This document shows, piece by piece, positions 8,005 through 12,233 of a stretch of 12,233 nt of DNA. The translations under genes and the position numbers were made by a program. Source of the stretch: Leptospirales bacterium (GTDB lineage: Bacteria > Spirochaetota > Leptospiria > Turneriellales > JAOUFE01); contig JBEQLE010000085.1 in the NCBI GenBank assembly GCA_040326155.1, forward strand, positions 4,122 to 16,354. Reading direction: 5' to 3'. Below the pieces are notes generated by a model. The model was not told the origin of the DNA, searched no databases, and saw nothing but the letters and a program-made list of their open reading frames with translations. How positions within the stretch are numbered: position 1 is the stretch's first letter; each line of letters opens with the position of its first letter.

Positions 8005-9414
8005 CTATGTAGGTTCCGTTAATGTAGTGGGGATAGTAACCATAAAAGATGATCCCACACCCAACTCACTATCAACATCTATTCTACCTTTATGTTTCTC
8101 TATAATTTTTCTAACAATATCAAGCCCAAGTCCCGTACCTTCACCTCGTTCTCGGGTTGTAAAAAAAGGGTTAAATATTTTTTCCCGATTCTCATCTGAA
8201 ATACCTTCTCCATTATCTTTAAAGGTTATTACAATCTTATTTTCCCCTTTCTTGGCAGTTATATATAGAATTCCCTTATTTTTCATTGCTTGTATAGCAT
8301 TATGTATAAGATTTGTCCACACTTGGCTTAATAAATCTGGGTAGCAAGTTAAAGATCCCACTGAGTTAAACTCTCTTACTACCTCGATACCTTGCTTTAG
8401 TTGATTACTATAAAGAACTAACACAGTTTCAATATCATTTTCAAGATTAATTTCACGTAGTTTCCCTGATTGATCAAAATGGGAATAACTCTTTAAAGCA
8501 AATACAACCTTAGCAGACTTCTCTGTAGCAGTATATATATTTCGGGAACTTCTAAATAGTTCAGTAATCTTATAGGCAAACTGCAGTGCATCTAAACTTT
8601 TATTATCAGTGAGAATAGGAATAATAGTATCAATATCTTTACTGAAAATCGTCATCTGTGCTAATAATCTTGCCTTTTTATCAGCATCAACAATATTTTT
8701 TTCTTTCAAATTTATTGTCAATTCTTTTCGCAAACTTCGAGCTTCTCTTGTTGATAATCCTGTTTTTCTATTTATGCTAGTGTCAATCAATTCAAAAAAA
8801 AGCTTTCTATCATTTTGGTTTAGATTGCTTATGAAATCGGCAAAATTCGGCAGAGTAGTTTCGAGTATACTCAGAATTGTACTGATGGAGGCTTTAATAG
8901 CGCCAAGCGGAGTATTGATCTCATGTGCCACACCTGATACAAGTTGACCAAGTGCCGCCAACTTCTCTGATAGAATTAGCTCACTTTGCGCATTTTTTAG
9001 CTCGATCATGGCTTGTTCAAGTTCCAGTGTTCTACCCGCAACTTTTACTTCAAGTTGATGTTGCATTTCTTCACTTTGACGATTTCTTTCTTCAATTACA
9101 AATTGCATTTCTTCAATTGTTGAATTTAACATGAAAGCGAACGTATCTATAGTGTCACCAGTAAAGCTTCTCTCCATTCTAGTTTGAAAATCACCCGCAG
9201 CTACGTTCATCAATATTTTTGAAATATCCTCAATATAATTATTCAGTGAACTTTCGTTTGCTATTTTTGAATCAACCATATTGGATAGATTTTCAGCAAT
9301 AGAGTTGAATTCCTTTCCCAATTCACCTGCTGATTCTGAGAGTCTATACGTTAAATCTCCATCCGTTATTTTTTTGAAAGCTTCTGTAATTTCGGGGGGG
9401 AGTTTTTTATTCAT
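8005..9414 (-). CDS. Soluble sensor histidine kinase with two HAMP-like repeats
   Basis: H-box GVAHEINTPL, N-box NLIHNA, G1 DNGEGI, F-box IFNPFFTT, G2 GTGLGL. N-terminal GDLTYRL and GDFQTRM HAMP-like units; no TM segment. Start uncertain (ATG 9414 or TTG 9429). Confidence 0.92.
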   Translation of the reverse strand: MNKKLPPEITEAFKKITDGDLTYRLSESAGELGKEFNSIAENLSNMVDSKIANESSLNNYIEDISKILMNVAAGDFQTRMERSFTGDTIDTFAFMLNSTIEEMQFVIEERNRQSEEMQHQLEVKVAGRTLELEQAMIELKNAQSELILSEKLAALGQLVSGVAHEINTPLGAIKASISTILSILETTLPNFADFISNLNQNDRKLFFELIDTSINRKTGLSTREARSLRKELTINLKEKNIVDADKKARLLAQMTIFSKDIDTIIPILTDNKSLDALQFAYKITELFRSSRNIYTATEKSAKVVFALKSYSHFDQSGKLREINLENDIETVLVLYSNQLKQGIEVVREFNSVGSLTCYPDLLSQVWTNLIHNAIQAMKNKGILYITAKKGENKIVITFKDNGEGISDENREKIFNPFFTTRERGEGTGLGLDIVRKIIEKHKGRIDVDSELGVGSSFMVTIPTTLTEPT

Positions 9415-9535
9415 TTTATATAATTTCAATATGCATTATAGGTGGTTCATCGTTACACACATCGTATATTAATCTCTTGTAAACGAGTTCATATTTTAAT
9501 ATTTATCCATAACTACGTGACAAGGAGATTTTTAC

Positions 9536-9958
9536 ATGGATCAACCGAAATATCCACTGGATACTTGGGAAAGTGTAGGCGAAACCATCAGCACAAAATA
9601 TTTTCTTGATGATAAGGATATATTAATTGTAATACCAGATCAAGGCTCTATAGACGATGAGGTTACTGCACTTGAAAATGTAAATTTCATAATTGATTTT
9701 TCGGAAAAAATTGGTTCATCAGTTGGAACAGTTATATATTTGACTAATCTACGGTCTCAAGATACTAAGGCTAGAAAAATCTATAGTAAAATGGATTCAA
9801 ATCATAATTATGCTACTGGGCTAGTGGTAACTAATCTCCTTTCGCGAGCAATTGGTAGCTTTTTTATTGGTTTATCGAAACCCCCACTTCCAAGTAAACT
9901 ATTTAGTAATTATGAGGATGCTATTGAATGGATTAAAACTCAGCGACCTAAAAATTAA
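9536..9958 (+). CDS. Small STAS/SEC14-like (SpoIIAA-like, DUF7793-type) alpha/beta protein
   Basis: RBS AAGGAG (9521-9526). C-terminal LVVTNLLSRAIGSFFIGLSKPPLPSKLFSNYEDAIEWIK matches the pattern I recognise for this group. Confidence 0.75.
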   Translation: MDQPKYPLDTWESVGETISTKYFLDDKDILIVIPDQGSIDDEVTALENVNFIIDFSEKIGSSVGTVIYLTNLRSQDTKARKIYSKMDSNHNYATGLVVTNLLSRAIGSFFIGLSKPPLPSKLFSNYEDAIEWIKTQRPKN

Positions 9959-10000
9959 TAAGCGCAGTTGACCCCTGAAAAAGCCCATGCTATTGCTTTA

Positions 10001-10189
10001 TTATATAGCAAATCTCAGCCCAATAAATACATAAAATCGAAAGGGGCGATATAGTAAGAAAAGCATGGCGATTCCATTTTGGCTAAAAACAAAGGGCAGT
10101 GACCGGGTTTTCCCTCTATCTTTTGTGGTCGCAATTTGCGACCGCAAATCTGCAAATTCTTTATTTAAAAGGCGGAACATGAAATCTTC
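10001..10189 (-). pseudogene. ORF6N gene fragment (diverged paralogous segment 10060-10189); possible 59-aa ORF from ATG 10180
   Basis: EDFMFRLLNKEFADLRSQIATTKDRGKTRSLPFVFSQNGIAML aligns with EDFMFQIRREEFIDLKSQFATSSWGGTRKLPFAFTQNGIAML of the adjacent gene; about 93/127 nt identical by hand. Confidence 0.85.
10122..10148. repeat. Near-perfect 27-bp palindrome in the ORF6N fragment
   Basis: tttgtggtcgcaa-t-ttgcgaccgcaaa (12/13 pairs). Confidence 0.9.
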
Positions 10190-10697
10190 AATCAAAACCG
10201 ATCTTTCTATTCGTATAATCTTCACCCTGAACGTCTTGCAACTGTTCTATCGCTGTAAAGATGGTTTCAATATCATCTTTGTTTTTATTACCCTGTCTGG
10301 CAATTATTTCAATTCTACGGTAAAGCGTTGCCTGGTTTCGTAAAAGCTCGCTTGTTTTTACAAACACACGCATTATTTGAATATTAACCTCAATTGCCTT
10401 TTCACTCTTCAGAACAGAAGAAAGCATCGCGATTCCATTTTGGGTAAAGGCAAAGGGAAGTTTTCGCGTTCCGCCCCAACTTGAAGTCGCAAATTGCGAC
10501 TTCAAGTCTATAAATTCTTCGCGTCTAATCTGAAACATAAAATCTTCTGGAAACCGTTTTATATTCCTTCTCACCTGCTCGTTTAACCTCTTGTTTTCAA
10601 CCCCATAAAGCTCTGCCAGGTCAAAATCAAACATTACCTTTTGGTTGCGTATTACGAAAATTTTCTTTTGAATGTTTTCCAAAACTAAATTGTCCAT
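10188..10697 (-). CDS. ORF6N domain DNA-binding protein
   Basis: IFVIRNQKVMFDFDLAELYGVENKRLNEQVRRNIKRFPEDFMFQ, PFAFTQNGIAMLSSVLKSEKAIEVNIQIMRVF, C-terminal RKIGF. RBS GGGGA. Confidence 0.93.
   Translation of the reverse strand: MDNLVLENIQKKIFVIRNQKVMFDFDLAELYGVENKRLNEQVRRNIKRFPEDFMFQIRREEFIDLKSQFATSSWGGTRKLPFAFTQNGIAMLSSVLKSEKAIEVNIQIMRVFVKTSELLRNQATLYRRIEIIARQGNKNKDDIETIFTAIEQLQDVQGEDYTNRKIGFD
10479..10507. repeat. Perfect 29-bp intragenic palindrome
   Basis: acttgaagtcgcaa-a-ttgcgacttcaagt: 14-bp arms with a 1-nt centre, encoding DLKSQFATSS. Confidence 0.95.
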
Positions 10698-10794
10698 CTG
10701 GTCCCCTATATTATAGTAATAGCGAGTTTGTGGGTTTTTTTACAGATTTTTGGGATTTTCGGAAAATGCGGGAATTATTTTTTCAATGCGATCA

Positions 10795-10930
10795 GAACTT
10801 TCCGAGCGGCAATGTGTCTCTCCCCAACGACCATACGCGCTTACGATTGCGGTCGCTTTACGGACAGCGTTACAAAAGCCGGGTTTACCTTAGCGCCTTG
10901 AATTACCACGTTCGCACGCGCTTAGCTTTT
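10795..10930 (-). ncRNA. Candidate structured RNA upstream of ORF6N (family not recognised)
   Basis: GC-richer island with stems AAAAGC/GCTTTT, CGCGT-GCGA-ACGTG (GNRA loop) and GCGACC/GGTCGT on the minus strand; 9-nt direct repeat. Confidence 0.25.
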
Positions 10931-11019
10931 TGATATATGTTTGGAAAAATACAGACTCAATAAAACACGAATTTTGTTTTTTCTTTGTCACAATTTTTTA
11001 GAGCGAATATAGGTGAGTC

Positions 11020-11048
11020 AAAACCGGTAGATGTAAGCTGGTTTTTTT
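11020..11048 (+). terminator. Hairpin with U-tract
   Basis: aaaaccggt-agatgtaa-gctggtttt-ttt; G-U pairs favour the plus strand. Confidence 0.4.
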
Positions 11049-11232
11049 AATGGAAGCGGTTTAGTTGTCGCGGCCCTTAACAGACGGTCTCTGTATTTAA
11101 GCCAGACGAACCGGCACCCCTTAGCTCAGCGGAATTTGATTACGGAACCCACTATTTTCAACACGCCGTATTGATCAATGATAACCGTCTAGCCATAAAC
11201 ATAGAGCAAAACGGAATTTTATTGGTCGACCT

Positions 11233-11700
11233 CTAGATAGGAATTCCCATTAAAAATATAAAAACCACAATGAAAACCGGAACAAATATAACCAGAAATG
11301 AAAGAAGCTCAGGTAACCATAAAAGTAAAGCCCAAAGTATGGGAACATTCGACCATGCTACAGCGATGCGAATGTTTTTAAATGAGGCTTTTCCACCTAT
11401 CCAACTTCCTGTCCACTTAAATACTGCGCCAATTATGTATAAAACTATTATTCCAAAAATGGGGCCTGCAACTGCGGCAATCAGAAATATAATCGGCCAC
11501 TCGAACGTATCCCCAAAACTTCGTGAACTGGCTCGGTCAAGCACCTGAGAAAATCCGGCTACAGCAGCTAAGATTAAAACCAAACGCTCAGAATTCGAGT
11601 CGATTATTTATTGAATTGTGGCGCGCGGCTTTGTCCACATTGATATCCAGGGATTCAAAATTACATTTTCGTTTTCGTTATTATTTTCGTTTTCGTTCAT
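11233..11700 (-). pseudogene. Yip1-family membrane protein pseudogene
   Basis: From ATG 11700 the frame reads MNENENNNENENVILNPWISMWTKPRATIQ*IIDSNSERLVLILAAVAG, with an in-frame TAA at 11608-11610. The NPW-SMWTKPRATI and WTGSWIGGKA…IRIAVAWSNVP motifs are Yip1-like. C-terminal part looks shortened. Confidence 0.8.
11665..11697. repeat. 15-nt direct repeat, 18-nt period
   Basis: attttcgttttcgtt at 11665-11679 and 11683-11697; encodes NENEN twice. Confidence 0.85.
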
Positions 11701-11791
11701 TTATTTTCCATATATGACTAAAATATTATAGTGCGTAAAAAACATATAATAGAAGCAGTATGTCAATAATAATTCAGGGAAATTAAAAGTA

Positions 11792-11845
11792 TGACTGGGG
11801 GTGGGTATAAACTAGGTGATCTCTTGATCTGGTTTATACCAGTCA
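11792..11845. terminator. Long hairpin downstream of the partial TetR-like gene
   Basis: ggtataaactag (11804-11815) pairs with ctggtttatacc (11829-11840), 11/12; outer tgact/agtca pairing. Confidence 0.5.
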
Positions 11846-11926
11846 AATTGTTTGAAAAACGTTTTATATATATTGGGTTTTATGGAATAGTTCTTAAACG
11901 CTAAAAGTGAATATCTTATATATTCA

Positions 11927-12233
11927 TCAGGTATCGTCGATTAAAAGTTTTTCCAGGTCTACATCCAGGCCTTTATATAGTAGATTCCGCATAAATTCGA
12001 CCACGGAATCTTGCTCTACCCCCATCGCTTGTAACATTCTACCCTTATCATCAAGTAAAAATTGATACAATCCGCGATGAACGATCATGGTTGCAATAGC
12101 CCCCATCATGGGATTTTTTACACCTTTGATGGTTCCGTCTTGCATTCCTTCTGCGAAGGAACCCACGCTCATTTCCATGAGCTTCTTTTCTTTTGCCTGA
12201 CACTCTTGTCCGACGGGATGATTCATATACGTT
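11927..12233 (-). CDS. C-terminal part of a probable TetR/AcrR family regulator (runs off window end)
   Basis: Frame is open to the window edge. Helical C-terminus with FAEGMQDGTIK, like the GxxDGxxR motif of TetR C-terminal domains. HTH is not in the window. Confidence 0.55.
   Translation of the reverse strand, partial: TYMNHPVGQECQAKEKKLMEMSVGSFAEGMQDGTIKGVKNPMMGAIATMIVHRGLYQFLLDDKGRMLQAMGVEQDSVVEFMRNLLYKGLDVDLEKLLIDDT

Noticed and set aside
534..9472. Plus-strand ORFs antisense to the large genes (e.g. 534..767, 1595..1843, 2085..2369, 4201..4428, 8027..8344, 8609..8947)
   Set aside because: Shadows of well-supported minus-strand genes with no recognisable motifs. The same applies to 10065..10343, 11270..11548 and 11523..11717.
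10186..10196. Programmed +1 frameshift fusing ORF6N to the downstream fragment
   Set aside because: The frame offset would fit, but GAT-TGA gives no plausible tRNA re-pairing, and RKIGFD is a normal ORF6N C-terminus.
10060..10547. Diversity-generating retroelement TR/VR pair
   Set aside because: Differences are not confined to adenines, include an indel and many synonymous changes, identity is only about 73%, and no reverse transcriptase is in the window.
10820..10900. c-di-GMP-I riboswitch, twister ribozyme or integron attC site
   Set aside because: Only short partial matches (GGTAAACCC, TAACGCTG, CCCCAAC…GTTACAA); the required stems or complementary boxes are absent.
10730..10933. 67-aa plus-strand ORF
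   Set aside because: No clear RBS or family motif; overlaps the ORF6N upstream region and the structured island.
11060..11130. TPP riboswitch or pistol ribozyme (minus strand CTAAGGGGTGCC…GGCTTAAAT)
   Set aside because: Lacks CUGAGA and the 3' CUGAU…AGCGUAGGGA core of TPP. The pistol pseudoknot pairing is not found, and no thiamine gene follows.
1..12233. CRISPR array, tRNA, rRNA, transposase or integrase
   Set aside because: No regularly spaced repeats, cloverleaf, rRNA-like sequence or recombinase motifs were seen.

Overview
Bacterial window, probably from a diderm; a spirochaete origin is a guess from the intergenic repeat style. Nearly all genes are on the minus strand. Left to right: the 3' end of a plus-strand gene; an orphan 83-aa ORF between two related hairpins; a six-gene envelope transport operon (TetR, LolA-like sorting protein, predicted outer-membrane beta-barrel, LolD/MacB-type ATPase, two FtsX/LolE-type permeases); a ~190-bp hairpin-rich MITE-like element; a visibly more AT-rich signalling block (REC-REC-GGDEF cyclase, membrane-less HAMP-HAMP histidine kinase, divergent small STAS/SEC14-like protein); an ORF6N gene; ~500 bp of structured non-coding DNA; a Yip1-family pseudogene; and the C-terminus of a probable second TetR. 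The strongest unexplained signal is a perfect 29-bp palindrome inside the ORF6N coding sequence. A diverged 130-bp paralogous copy of the same segment starts at the gene's stop codon and keeps the palindrome through compensatory substitutions. All family calls are by eye; no searches were run.
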